A DNA stretch of 64,000 nt from Octopus vulgaris (Eukaryota), in contig OX597833.1 in assembly GCA_951406725.2 (NCBI GenBank), positions 15,748,001-15,812,000 of the forward strand, in the 5' to 3' direction. Numbering within the stretch: the stretch's first letter is position 1; every line of letters begins with the position of its first letter. The notes under the pieces were generated by a model. It saw nothing but the letters and a program-made list of their open reading frames with translations, was not told the DNA's origin and made no database searches. The position numbers and the translations under genes were made by a program. Shown piece after piece: positions 13,336 to 25,798 of the stretch.

Positions 13336-13773
13336 CGATATTTTCGGTTTGAACGGCAGTTTTTTAACATAATTTCTAGTTAACTAAACACTTTTAAACT
13401 TCGTATACTGGTAGAATGTGTTTATAAAACATATTTTTCTCTTGGCTTTATTGAGAAAATTCTATAGTTTGTAAAGTATTTGTTGTTTTTTTCTTCAATT
13501 TCTGCAATTTCAACCAATCAATGACGTCTATTGAGGTGAAAACATTCTTGCCGTATGGATATGCCCCTCGTTTAAGAAACAGATAGGGTTTATTTACATT
13601 TCTGAAGAAAAAAAGATACCCTTACCACCACCCCTAACTCTAACCCAAACCTTAACCAACCCTAACCTTAAAACAGATTTGAAATGCAATAGATCGATAC
13701 TGGGGTCATAATTACGTGTGACAATTTCATATGACACCGCTAGAAAAAACTGCCGTTCAAACCGAAAATATCC
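13336..13773. mobile_element. Non-autonomous DNA transposon (MITE) with ~30-bp TIRs
   Basis: GATATTTTCGGTTTGAACGGCAGTTTTTT and its perfect reverse complement; internal CCCTAA-like repeats. Confidence 0.85.
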
Positions 13774-14202
13774 TGGAACACATCTGAGGAAATTATAGTC
13801 ATATCTTTTGCTAGCTGCTCACAGCTTTATAGAAATGTGTTCCATCACAAATGTAAATAAACCCAATCTGTTTCTTAAACGAGGGACATATTCATACGGC
13901 ACAGAATGTTTTTACCTCAAAAGACGTCATTGATTGGTTGAAATTGAATTCGTAATCTACTAGCACTCGTTTATTTTTGTACTTGGCCTTATGAATGCTA
14001 CCAGCTTCCAAATATTTTTTATATTATTTCAATTCTCGCGAAATCACCGCTATCTCACTTCATTATCTATAAGTAGGAGTGGCAGCACCAATGTCAGAAC
14101 AAACTTCGAATGCAGCAAAATTCTGTTATATCTGATACACAGGACGCGTGAACATCGACTGGAAATCCTTGATTAGAATTTAATGTTACAGAAATTTAAT
14201 AA

Positions 14203-14415
14203 AGGCAGCGTCCTGGCTGAATAGTTATTTTATCGGTTAAAATGCTTATCGGAATTTCATCCGATTTTTGCGCTTGAGTTCAAATCCCGCCGATATCAAG
14301 TTTGCCTTTAATCATTTCGAGATCGATAAAATAAGTACAACTTGAGCAGTGGGGACAATGTAGTCGATTATCCCTCTCACGTAAAACTGCTGACCTTATT
14401 CCAAAATTTAAAACA
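14203..14415 (+). mobile_element. Old SINE D copy
   Basis: AAGGCAGCG head, GAGTTCAAATCCCGCC B box, diverged central domain. Confidence 0.7.
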
Positions 14416-14778
14416 TTTGTCAGTCTCTCAACTCATGATCGTAAATCTTGATTTTCTATGAAGTTGCGAACTCTCTCCAGGCAATTGTATCACCAACATT
14501 ATATACTCTTTCTACTATTTCATGATGAAATGGGTACAGATTCTTCAACGTCTCTCGCTGAAGCGTAATCGAAATGAAGTAAATGTAAAACTGCATATTC
14601 TACGGATAAATTTTTATAACTAGAAATATGCAGCATTCAACTACATAACAGCATTTAACTAAATACCAGGTACAAGTGAAAATTATCCAGTTAACTGCAG
14701 CTTGTCTGACAGAAGTAGCATCGCGTTTCCTCTAATTGTGGCAGAGACCAAATTTGAAGCAGTTCCTTAAGCAAAGAG

Positions 14779-15420
14779 TAGGTACAACTGTGGGTACGTC
14801 GTAAGAAGTTTCCTTTTTCGGATAACCTGAACGAGTCTAGAAAATGTGAAACATGTGAATTTTTGTGTGTTTTAAAAAAGGAAAAAAAGAATTCTGAACA
14901 TTGTGTTGTTTAAATAAGAGGTTTATTGCCTCATTGTGTTTTGGGGAAAAAGGGAAAAAACATTGTTTTAGAGAAGTGAATGTCAGCGGGCGCTTTTTGT
15001 CTTCTCCCATCATCATCATTTTTGTATCACCATCATTCATACCATTAATGTCCATGTCCAGCCCGCAAAGCTTCTTTCTGTGTGATGCCCTTGTGGCAAA
15101 TTATATGAAATAAAGAAGTTTCCTTCTTAACCACATAGTTTCTGGTTTATTCCTACACTTTGGCACCTTCGGTAAGTGCTTTAAACTATAGCCCCGGGTC
15201 GACTTGTTTCTTGCGGGTGGATTTAGTAGAAGAAACTGAAGAAACCCGTGATTGCCACCCACAACTGTTTGACTACCGGTGTCGGTCTGTTTACACGCAA
15301 TAACTCAGCAGTGCAACAACAGAAGTGGAATAAAGAGCATAAGATTTTAATAAAACCTAATAACAAAACGGTTCCCTATCATGGCTGCAGTCCAAAAAAT
15401 GTCAAAAACTGAAAAGATAA
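14779..15420 (+). mobile_element. Old SINE A interrupted by a 297-bp LINE-like 3' end (14816-15112)
   Basis: Duplication AAGAAGTTTCCTT at 14803-14815 and 15113-15125; diverged A head before, A body after. Confidence 0.75.
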
Positions 15421-15845
15421 GAAATAATTTTGTTAATGATTTTTGCTATTTTCCAAGTTGAAATTATTTTCTTAACAGCTTCGAAGTAGAATTTAATATT
15501 CTTTTACTTATCCTACTTTGGAATAAATATGTTGTTTACACCAAAAGAAATAATTCGGAAAATAAAATTATCTAAGTCTCAGATAGGTGAATGAGTACAT
15601 ATTTTATATTCAATATCTGATAAGCAATGAGAAAGATCACACCACTTTCAGCAGCCAATCAGCGTCGAGGCAGTGCAACACCGCGTTGGCCAGCCAATCT
15701 TCGTGAAGACATGCGGTTTTTTCTGGCGCACGTACTTCAACCTAATTTCTTCACCTATCAACAAGTTACCGTACCTTAGGAAACATTGAGTACCATGTAT
15801 ATGAATAATAAATATAAGTTGTCATGCAGAGAGGTACAGCTTTGA

Positions 15846-16576
15846 AAGGCAGCGAGCTGGCAGAAACGTTAGCACGCTGGGCGAAATGCTTAGCGCTATT
15901 TCGTCTGCCGCTACGTTCTGAGTTCAAATTCCGCCGAGGTCGACTTTGCCTTTCATCATTTCGAGGTCGAATAAATAAGTACCAGTTACGCACAGGGGTC
16001 GATGTAATCGACTTAATCCGTTTGTCTGCCCTTGTTTGTCCTCTCTGTGTTTAGCTCCTTGTGGGTAGTAAAGAAATAAGTATTTCGTCTGCTGTTACGT
16101 TCTGAGTTCAAATTCCGCCGAGGTCGACTTTGCCTTTCATCCTTTCGGGGCCGATAAATTAAGTACGAGTTATGCACTGGGGTCGATATAATCGACTTAA
16201 TCCATTTGTCTGTCCTTGTTTGTCCTCTCTGTGTTTAGCTCCTTGTGGGTAGTAAAGAAATAGGTACTTCGTCTGCCGTTACGTTCTGAGTTCAAATTCC
16301 GCCCAGGTCGACTTTGCGTTTTATCTTTTCGGGTCGATTAAATAAGTACCAGTTATGCACTGGGGTCGATATAATCGACTTAATCCGTTTGTCTGTCCTT
16401 GTTCTGAGTTCAAATTCCGCCGAGGTCGACTTCGCCTTTCATCCTTTCGGGGCCGATAAATTAAGTACCAGTTACGCACTGGGGTCGATGTAATCGACTT
16501 AATCCCTTTGTGTGTCATTGTTTGTTTGTTTGTCCCCTCTGTGTTTATCCCCTTGTGGGCAATAAATAAATAAAAA
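15846..16576 (+). mobile_element. SINE D tandem array (one head, four body units)
   Basis: Units restart at GTATTTCGTCTG after the tail AAAGAAATA; flanks AGGTACAGCTTT / AGATACAGCTTT. Confidence 0.9.
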
Positions 16577-16749
16577 AGATACAGCTTTCAGCAAGGTGAA
16601 AGTAGATCGGATGAAATTCCAGCAAATCTCATCCTGAGAATTTTTATTCTTTTACTTGTTTCAGTCATTTGACTGCGGCCTTGCTGGTGCACCACTTGTT
16701 TGTCAAGATTTTAAACTATATAGTTCTGTGAAACCTGTAATTTGAATGG

Positions 16750-17640
16750 AAACTGATGCAAAGGAGGGAGTTAGCGAACAGACATTATATTACACTACAG
16801 CTAAGTGATCGTTGGTTGACATCAAAAGAAATACAGGAAAACGTTCCATGGCAATGTCTATAGTTTAAGTGACAGAGCTTCAAGATGAAGACTTTTCGAA
16901 GTGAGAAGAGAAAAAACACGAGAATATTCTTCAGAGAAGTAAACATCTTTTTATGAGCAGAATTTTAGCACTAATTTGCATGAAATTATGAGAGGAAGTT
17001 ATCAAATTTTTTGGAAGCCATGAATTGAAATATGGGAATTACTGGGAAAATGAAGATTTGTTGTGTTAATGCATCCCAACTAGAAAAAAATAATAATAAT
17101 CTTGTCAGTATGACGCTATAAGGTTGTACGTCTGATCGTATTATAATGGTAAATGGAAATTTAGATGCTGAAAGTTGTCAAAAGACTTTTATAAAAACCA
17201 TATTTCTCCCCTCGCTAATTGAGAGCAGGAATTTGGTCTCAACATGATTTGAATAAAGAATTTGTTTTCAGTTCAACGGCGCTTAATCTGTACTGAAAAA
17301 TCCAGAACGAAATAGTAGAAAGAGCATTTAATATTTGTGATACAATTGCCTTGAGAGAGTTGGCAACTTCATAGAAAATCAAGATTTACGACCATGAGTT
17401 GAGAGACTGACAACGGTTTCTTAAGTGAGCAGCATATCTCCATTAAATGAAGCAATGATCAATATCTGATTCAGAACAATAAATCCAAAAGCGCTGAAGA
17501 ATTTTATGGCTCCCATGCAAAGATGAAATAATACGATCGCCAAAGACCAAGACGATCCTATAAAATATTGACGTAAAGTGTCATTCGTAAACTAAATATT
17601 ATTTTGCTTTATAGGGTGATGCCATTCATATATGACTAGT
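16750..17640 (+). pseudogene. Heavily decayed Tc1-like transposase
   Basis: Frameshifted remnants resembling VNGNLDAEK, NHILPS, FVFQ.DGA and IEN motifs at 17140-17380; ends uncertain. Confidence 0.5.
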
Positions 17641-17779
17641 TTAGGTTAAAAAGCATTTGTTTTAGTATTATAAAACATCAATTTTAAAGTAACTAAGAAT
17701 ATAAAACTATATAATAAAATTTGCAGAAGACTAATAAAGTATCTCCATGTAGGAAAATTATGAGAATTTTTTAGTAAAG

Positions 17780-18270
17780 GAACAGGAGTGGTTGTGTGGT
17801 AAATAGCTTGCTTACCAACCACATGGTTCCGGGTTCAGTCCCACTGCTTGGCACCTTGGGCACGTGTCTTCTACTATAGTCTCGGGCCGACCAAAGCCTT
17901 GTGAGTGGATTTGGTAGACAGAAACTGAAAGAAACACGTCGTATATATATATATATGTACATATATATATATATGTATATATATGTATATATATATATAG
18001 ATATATAGATAGATATAATGTATGTGTGCGTGTGTGTGTATGTATATGTCGGTGTGTCTGTGTTTGTCCTCCCAACATTACTTGACAACCGATGCTCTTC
18101 TGTTTACGACCCCGTAACTTAGCGGTTCGGCTAAAGTGATCGATAGAATAAGTACTAGGCTTACGAAGAATAAGTACGGGGGTCGATTTGTTCGACTAAA
18201 ACCCATGAAGCCATTGTTCCAGCATGGCCGCCGTCCGATAACCGAAACAAGTAAATTAAAAAAATAAAAG
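17780..18270 (+). mobile_element. SINE A, full length
   Basis: Head, internal microsatellite and tail match the family. Confidence 0.9.
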
Positions 18271-18689
18271 AAACACTAATGCAAACCAAACTGTATTTAC
18301 TAGACCGTGAAGATGATGTTTTTCTCCCTGCTACGTTATCCCCCAAGTGGAATAACATTAAATTCGCTCCTTTGACAGTTAAACGCGGGAGCATTTTTGA
18401 TTTATGAATACAGTTCACATAGATATTTACGTGGGTAACTGGTAAAACTTCCCGTATTTCTTCATTTTTCCCATGAAAATCATACGTACTTGTGTCCTCT
18501 AAGATCCCACTTCACTCTTTTAAAAAAGCAATTTCTTCGTGTAAAATAACCCAGCAGTAATTTTAACCGTTATGCTGTAACTAAAACTTTTGCGGAAAAT
18601 ATTTGAATTCGTAGAACAAAGAAACTGTCCTGGCTAGTGTGTATAGCAATTTCTAATTCATGTTTCTTAGTCGCTGGATTTCCATTTTG

Positions 18690-18960
18690 TGCCTTGTTCA
18701 TATAATGCTACCGAATACCACTTCGGCATGAAAACGTTGGATTATTATGTTACATTTATTGAATTATATAATGTGAAAACCAAGAATCCTAACACATTAG
18801 ATGCGCCATTGGATATACAACCAAAATTAGAAATCATAATAATGAACTTATTTGAAAAGAGCCGAATTTATTTGTAAGAACTTCATTATTCAATTATCAG
18901 AGTCGTTAGTATTTGGAACAATTATTCTGAAATTTCGATTGAATGTAATGAATGAAGATT
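18690..18960 (+). pseudogene. Decayed CR1-like ORF2 C-terminus
   Basis: SY...GMKTL...IELYN and IRVVSIWNN resemble the CR1 motifs SYEERL..L.L.SL and RVV..WN.LP. Confidence 0.5.
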
Positions 18961-19359
18961 AAGGTGAGTTGTTTGTTTTCTTTTTTTACTCGCATTACTC
19001 AAGAGTGGAACTACAGTCGATGCGGAGTTTTGGATTTGTTGTTGATGCATAGAAATGCATCGGTAATAACCAAGTAACGTAGTTTTATTTGAAAATTAAC
19101 GTCACCTCATACACACTTAACGAACTTCAGTATTCTATACTCTCGACATAGATGTATATCTTTGTAACTTATATATGCTTGTGGTCACATTTCCTATGTC
19201 TCTTGTAATGCATTTGTTAACTGTCTTTCCCATATCCTCCATTCTCACAATTAAGTCATTCCTCCCGCTGGCGAAGAACTTGAGTGTAATACGACGATTG
19301 AAAAGAGAAGTACATTCAACGTGTGAAAGTGAAGGATGTACATGCAACAATTATATGTG

Positions 19360-19399
<40 letters not shown>

Positions 19400-19400
<1 letters not shown>

Positions 19401-19670
19401 TTAATAATTAGGGTTCAGCAAAGATTTGCTTTACCACATACCGAAGTTTAGAAATAGCAGCCAAAAAACGTTAGCTATTTCTTCTACTTTAAAAAGGGAC
19501 TCCCAGAAAAACCAGAATACTTGAAAACAATCCACACAGGATCTTTGCTGAACCCTAATTATTAAGCATTACTTAAGTTTACCATGAACGGTCCTTTTTT
19601 CATACCGAATTCTACTTGGCGAAATTATTGATTACTTCTTAATTAATTAATTTTAACCTTTGTTATTATT
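19400..19670. mobile_element. (TA)n-flanked element with 26-bp inverted repeat; related to 1930-2310
   Basis: CTTAATAATTAGGGTTCAGCAAAGAT / ATCTTTGCTGAACCCTAATTATTAAG; shares CATACCGAA and TAGAAATAGCAG with the reverse complement of 1985-2215. Confidence 0.6.
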
Positions 19671-19671
19671 A

Positions 19672-19702
<31 letters not shown>

Positions 19703-19704
<2 letters not shown>

Positions 19705-19903
19705 ACCTCGTGAGTACGGCTGGCGATTTGTTTTCCTCTGTCTTCCCTTCTCGGGATCTTTCCTCCTCCTATGTTTCCGACGAAGAGCTCCGCTCGAAAC
19801 GTAAAACCCTCCTTTCCTGAGCGTCCAATAATACTTTATTTGTTCCACGTCCTCGCGTTGTTGTGTTTTTTTTTTGTTTTTTTTTGTGTTTTCTTGTTTG
19901 GAT

Positions 19904-19910
<7 letters not shown>
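19703..19910 (+). mobile_element. Hammerhead-bearing non-coding element (family E)
   Basis: GUUU-CCGACGA-A-GAGC(UCC)GCUC-GAAA-CG-UA-AAAC at 19773-19807; T-rich tail ending in (TA)n; second copy at 51297. Confidence 0.7.
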
Positions 19911-19934
<24 letters not shown>

Positions 19935-20111
19935 GCGACGTGTATGTTTCAGTTTCCGTCTACCAAGTCCATCTCACAAGTCTCTGGTTGGCCCGAAGTT
20001 ATCGTAGAAGACACTATAGTAGACTACCAAGGAGCCACACAGTGAGACTGAATCGGGACCCATACAGCCACGCTTGCATATATATTATTGATGTATATTT
20101 ATTTATGTATC

Positions 20112-20320
20112 TGTTTTACTCATTTACTTGTTTCAGTCATTTGACTGCGGCCATGCTGGAGCACCGTCTTTTTAATCGAGCAAATTGACCCCAGGACTTA
20201 TTCTTTGGAAGCCTTGTACTTATTCTATCGGTGTCTTTTGCCGAACCGCTAATTTACAGCATCGGTTGTCAAGCGAAGTTGAGGGAACAAACACAGACAT
20301 CCAAGCATATACACAAACAT

Positions 20321-20385
<65 letters not shown>

Positions 20386-20538
20386 ACAGGCTTCTTTCAG
20401 ATTTCTTCTACCAAATCCACTCACAAGGCTCTGGTCGGCTCGAGGCTATAGTAGAAGACACTAGCTCAATTTGCCACGCAGTGGGACTGAACCCGGAACC
20501 ATGTGGTTGATAAGCAAGCTACTTACCCCACAGCCATG
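20112..20538 (-). mobile_element. SINE A (a partial second copy lies at 19935-20070)
   Basis: Family match. Confidence 0.85.
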
Positions 20539-20833
20539 CATGACCTCAGTAAAAAGGCTGAAATTAATAAAAGTATACCGTAACGTATGCATAGTTTCCG
20601 TCTTCCAAAGTCACCCTTCCCTCACAACGCACCGGTCCGCCTGGGTCTATAGTTGAAGACACCCAAAGTGCTACAGCATAGCTCTAAAGTCGAAGCCATA
20701 TAGCTGCAAGTTAAGCTTCCTAAACATACAGCCAAATCTTCATTAAATATGTACAATATAAATCTTTGATCTCAGAGATACAGTTAATTCAAAAAGCACG
20801 TAGTAAACAATGTTTTTGAGATTGCATAGAAAT

Positions 20834-21220
20834 GGAAGCACTCCGTCGGTTACGACGACGAGGGTTCCGGTTGATCCGAATCAACGGAACAGCCTGCTCG
20901 TGAAATTAACGTGTAAGTGGCTGTGCACTCCACAGACACGTGCACCCTTAACGTAGTTCTCGGGGATATTCAGCGTGACACAGAGAGTGACAAGGCCGGC
21001 CCCTTGAAATACAGGTACAACAGAAACAGGAAGTAAGACAGAGAGAGAAAGTTGTAGTGAAAGAGTACAGAAGGGATCACCACCATCCCCTGCCGGAGCC
21101 TCGTGGAGCTTTTAGGTGCTTTCGCTCAATAAACACTCACAACGCCCGGTCTGGGAATCGAAACCGCGGTCCTATGACCGCCAGTCCGCTGCCCTAACCA
21201 CTGGGCCATTGCTCCTCCAC
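20834..21220 (-). mobile_element. tRNA-derived SINE family B, full length
   Basis: A box TGGCCCAGTGG, B box GGTTTCGATTCCC, tail CGACGGAGTGCTTCC; TSD TGCATAGAAAT. Confidence 0.92.
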
Positions 21221-21964
21221 TGCATAGAAATAATATGAAGCCGAATAATGACAAGATAATTTTTTTTGTTCTAGAGTCTGTTATCCTGAAATTTATTATC
21301 GTTCTGCATATAAGTACTTATTTTGAATTAATTAGGCGTCAACAAACCAATCTGTGTCTTGGTGCTTTATATATCCAAATTAATAAATGAGAGACATATC
21401 AAATGTATTACTGAATAAAATATTTATCTTCATTTTCGTTACTACTACGCGTGAATATTTGAATATTATTTATTTTTATCATAGCATCACAGCGCCATTG
21501 GTATATTTATAAATTTTTATGAAGTATATTTGGAATTTTTATGAAGTATATTTGGAATTTTGTATGTAAAAGTACATTACCATATTTTACATGGGTTTCA
21601 TTTGAAATGTTAGGTCTTACACATGATTTCGCATGTAACATGTATATTTAATTATAGTTGGCGCATGAAAGTGAATTTCATTGGCAGCGCCGTTTCGTTA
21701 CTCACGTTATTGCCATATTTTAATTATTGCCAATATACAGTAAAACTTCGTAATATCATTTGTTATTGACATTTTCTGATTTTACAATTGGGGAGCTTTC
21801 ATGTATATATTACTATTGGCGATGTATTTCCATGCAGTTTCCCCATTGGATTAAATTTGATCTATATCCTTGCTGTAGGCTCGTTGCAGCTGCATTACTG
21901 CCGCTAATTACAGGGACCACAAAAGTACGACTATAATAGCTATATATCAACAACGAAAGTAATA

Positions 21965-22530
21965 CTGGGTTGTCCGGAAAGTTCGTGCTGATTTTTAAAG
22001 GAAAGAAAATGGTCAATAAATACTTGCCATTACATTTTTAATAAACCAAATATGAACCATTTTGTTACACAATGCGTCTCCATCTTTCCTTTAACTTGAA
22101 AATATCCTCTTCCCAGAATTGAGGTGGTTTCATGGCAAAGAATCCATCAAGGTATCTTTATACGTCATCCAAGGAATTGGAATTTTTACCATTAAGACTA
22201 TTCTGCAGAGACCTGAATAAGTGGAGATCCGAAGGAGCAATATCTTGTGAAAATGGAGGGTGGGGTAACACATCCCGGCCGAACTACAGCAATTTTTGTC
22301 TGGTTGCCAAAGCATCAAGTGCCGAAAATGAACTTTCTTATCTTTCATTTTAAAGGGTTACAGAATTAACACAGGTTATAGGAACATAAACCTTCTTCCA
22401 CGAAAAGATAGCTTAAGCTGTGCTCTGAATGGAGGTGTAGTCAAATCCTGTTTTACAGACTCAACCATGTTCTAAAATAAGTGGAAATGTAGGCTACTAT
22501 AAATCGGCACGAACTTTCCGGACAACCCAA
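21965..22530 (-). mobile_element. Internally deleted mariner element
   Basis: TA TSD, TIR GGGTTGTCCGGAAAGTTCGTGC; N-terminal MKDKKVHFRHLML joined to C-terminal WDVLPHPP.S.DIAPSD.HLFRSLQN. Confidence 0.92.
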
Positions 22531-22858
22531 TATTTTCTAATCCTTCACATTAGATATTGCACACCAGATTTCAGCAGTATTTCAGTGCTATACGCGCCTC
22601 TATAAGCCATTGTTCAGTGTATCTTCACGCTCTTCTGTGTCCTCCAGATGTTAAATCTAAAAGAACATCACCACCACAACCACTACGAACACCATTATCA
22701 TCATCAATATTACTACTGGTTTCACTAGGCCAGCAATTTCACGAGAGGGGTTAAGTCGATTACAATGACACCAGTACTTTCTAGCACTTATTTTATCACC
22801 GCCCCAAAAGTATGTAATGCAAAGTTGACCCCAGCGGAATTTGAACACAGAGTGGGAA

Positions 22859-22984
22859 ATCACCATAATTAATATTATTTGCCGTCATCAGTGGTAGCAT
22901 CACCATAATTAATATTATTTGCCGTCATCAGTGGTAGCATCACCATAATTAATATTATTTGCCGTCATCAGTGCTAGCATCACA
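22859..22984. repeat. 40-bp minisatellite, three copies
   Basis: CACCATAATTAATATTATTTGCCGTCATCAGTGGTAGCAT repeated. Confidence 0.9.
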
Positions 22985-23547
22985 ATTATTATCAACAATT
23001 TTTCCTCCTCTTACCTTAATATGTGTGAACATTTGTTTATCGCTTACTAGAATTCAATAACGTCTTAACTGCTGACAGTTTTGTTCCCCCGTTTGAGCTG
23101 CTCTCGTGGTTTTCGACGAAGGATGTATTTGCATACGCCGCTCCTCTCATCCGTCTCTTATATTAACTAATATCGGTTGATATGTTGACGGATATGGTAA
23201 TTCCAAGCAAATGGACATTCGTTAGAATATTTCGTCATTGAACAATATTCTACCTTATATCATTCGTATTTGTCTTTCATTGTAATGGAATTCTTTTTTC
23301 GTTGGTTTCTTTTCGTTTAAGCTTGCTTATCTTAAAGCAAACAATCACTCGTAGATATTGATTTCTTACGCTGAGCCAAACCACAGCGGTATTGACAAAA
23401 GTAGTTGATGGAATTAATATATGGAGTGTTTCGTTATTTAAAACAGTCATAGAATGATAACAATCAGTCTGTATCGAACAGCATCAAGATCAAATTTACA
23501 TACACACCAAAAAAGAAATTCTGCTACTAACACAATATTAAGTCTAT

Positions 23548-23912
23548 CTTGTACTTGTTTCAGTCATTTTTCTGCGGTCATGCTAGAGCACCGACTAGAA
23601 ATTTTACTCGAATGCATCAATCCCAGTACTTACCGTTTTTTTGGAAAACTGGCACTTACTCAATCGGTGTCTTTTGCCGAGCCGCTATGTTACGTGAACG
23701 TAATCATAAGAGCACCGGTTGTCAAGCGGTGGGGGAGGAGAAATACATATATGCAACGCGCTTCTTTGTGAGTTTCCGTTTGCTAAATCTACTCACAAGG
23801 CTTTAATCGACCCGAGGTTATAGTAGAAGACACTTACCCAAGGTGCCACGCAGCGGGACTGAAGCCGGAACAATATGGTTGGGAAGCAAGCTTCTTACCA
23901 CACAGCCACGAC
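23548..23912 (-). mobile_element. SINE A, diverged
   Basis: Family match. Confidence 0.8.
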
Positions 23913-24279
23913 TGTTGTATATGTTAAATCGACACCTTTACGCTATGAGCAAAAGAATTGTTGATCCCTATGCCATACAAATTATCCATCATTAGTATCC
24001 CTCTATGCAGACGCCAAGGCGTATAGTTCAGTTGAATGTCAGTAAAAGATAGTAACAATACATATTACACTATTTTACTCAGTGCTGCCCGACCTACTTA
24101 TGACTAGCACACTGTTCATTTAGGCAACAGTGAGTCAATAAAATCGAACTTACTGTCCTAGAAATGAAGAGCACCTTTTGTTATGTCTCACATAATTGTG
24201 TGAAAAACATACCGAGATTATGTTTGCTGGATTAGGTTTGACTTGAGGCTGTACTGCATCGGTAACAAGAACACCTTAA

Positions 24280-24700
24280 CATAAAGTGATAGGACTTTCA
24301 TAGAAAATTTCCAATAACGAATTGATTTTATAGAATTCCAAGCATTTTGCAATCCAGCGATGGGGAAGGCTTACAGACGCGATTTTGTAAATAATGTTTT
24401 CCTATCAAGCCATACAATGGAAGAATTTGTGTGTCGTTTGTGGCACTTTCCTAGAATAATCTTATTAATTCAATGCTGGGTTTACACCCATACGAGCCAC
24501 ATTTGCATTCTGTCCGTCCCTTAGTAATATCTTGTTATCAATCAGAAAGATCTATATGTATCCATCAATGATGGATGTTAGTATTTTATCATTTTAAGGC
24601 ATGATATTGGTCAATAGTTCTGGGCGTTATTTTTTTCAACACTTTTGAAAAGTAAGGTCGTCCACTCACCAAACAAGGACGGATATTACCGGGATCATAC
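24280..24700 (-). pseudogene. Very decayed CR1-like ORF2 remnant
   Basis: Stop-riddled SLPHRWIAKCLEFYKI resembles SL..RR...DLIE.YKI. Confidence 0.35.
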
Positions 24701-25798
24701 ATAATATTATTGTACTGATTGGTTTATCTCTCACGAGAATTAAAGTGAGCTTCAGTTCAAGGTTAGAAATTCCACCTCATACGGGAGATTTACGTTTGTT
24801 ATATATCATCATCGCAGCCCTGAGATCTTCAACAGATATATTTTTCCATACTTTCTCTTTAATACATTCCATATCTCAGAATGGCTGTAAAATGCCGAAA
24901 GCATTTCAGTTGTATTCCTTGGGTTTTAACACTCATGTTTATCTTAGCTATTTATCACTACAATTTTTTAGGATTATTTCGGAATATATCGTTATCCTTG
25001 AGGGAAATTCGTCTTTTCTCGAACCACTTTATACTTTCTGCTTGGATTATTTATCGGTTTTCTTTGATTGCTCCATGGAAAATGGCGAATGAGTATTACA
25101 ACGATGACGAGGAAAAATTTAGGAGGACGTAGAGAGGAATGGTTTGACAAGCCAATGAGAGATCCTCTAATATGTTAGCTTGAAATTCTGGAAATAGCAA
25201 CCGCATCTTCAAATTTCATCCCTGTCATGTCGAAAAGATAACACGGATAATGTAGCCCTTGATATGCAACGTTTCACAGAATAAAATAGTCAAGGCTGAA
25301 TCACTTCAATCAAATAGGATAGCATCTAATAGCTGTATTTTACAGTGATATAAATGCAGATGGAAGTATTTATCAATTTTACAGCAAATCATCAAGAGAA
25401 CTGAGTAACATAATTTATATTTGACATCATGCATACGAAATGAAATACATACATTAATGCTTTGTATTTTGCAGTAGTGTAAATTCTCTTAGAGGCGTTT
25501 AACAATTTTACAGCAAACCACGTGAAAAAATTAATAATTTTATTACAATCCGTATTTCTCATGACAGATAGAGAAATAGATAAATATATACACTACTGAT
25601 GTATTTAATGGGTCTATTTTTCACTGGTATAAATTCTGTTGGGGGTGTTTTTTGCAGTTCTGTAAATTTGTAGAATTTTCGGCTGTACATTGCAGATATG
25701 GTATCTCGTAGTTTAAGATATCATCTGTTCATCTTTTATAGTTGAATTCAGTTTCTGGAGCGTGTTCTGAATTCTGAGGTTTGTCAGCTAGCTATACC

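Noticed and set aside
22859-22984. 40-bp repeat with CTGATGA on the minus strand, considered as tandem hammerheads or a CRISPR array
   Set aside because: No stem II or GAAA, and no unique spacers
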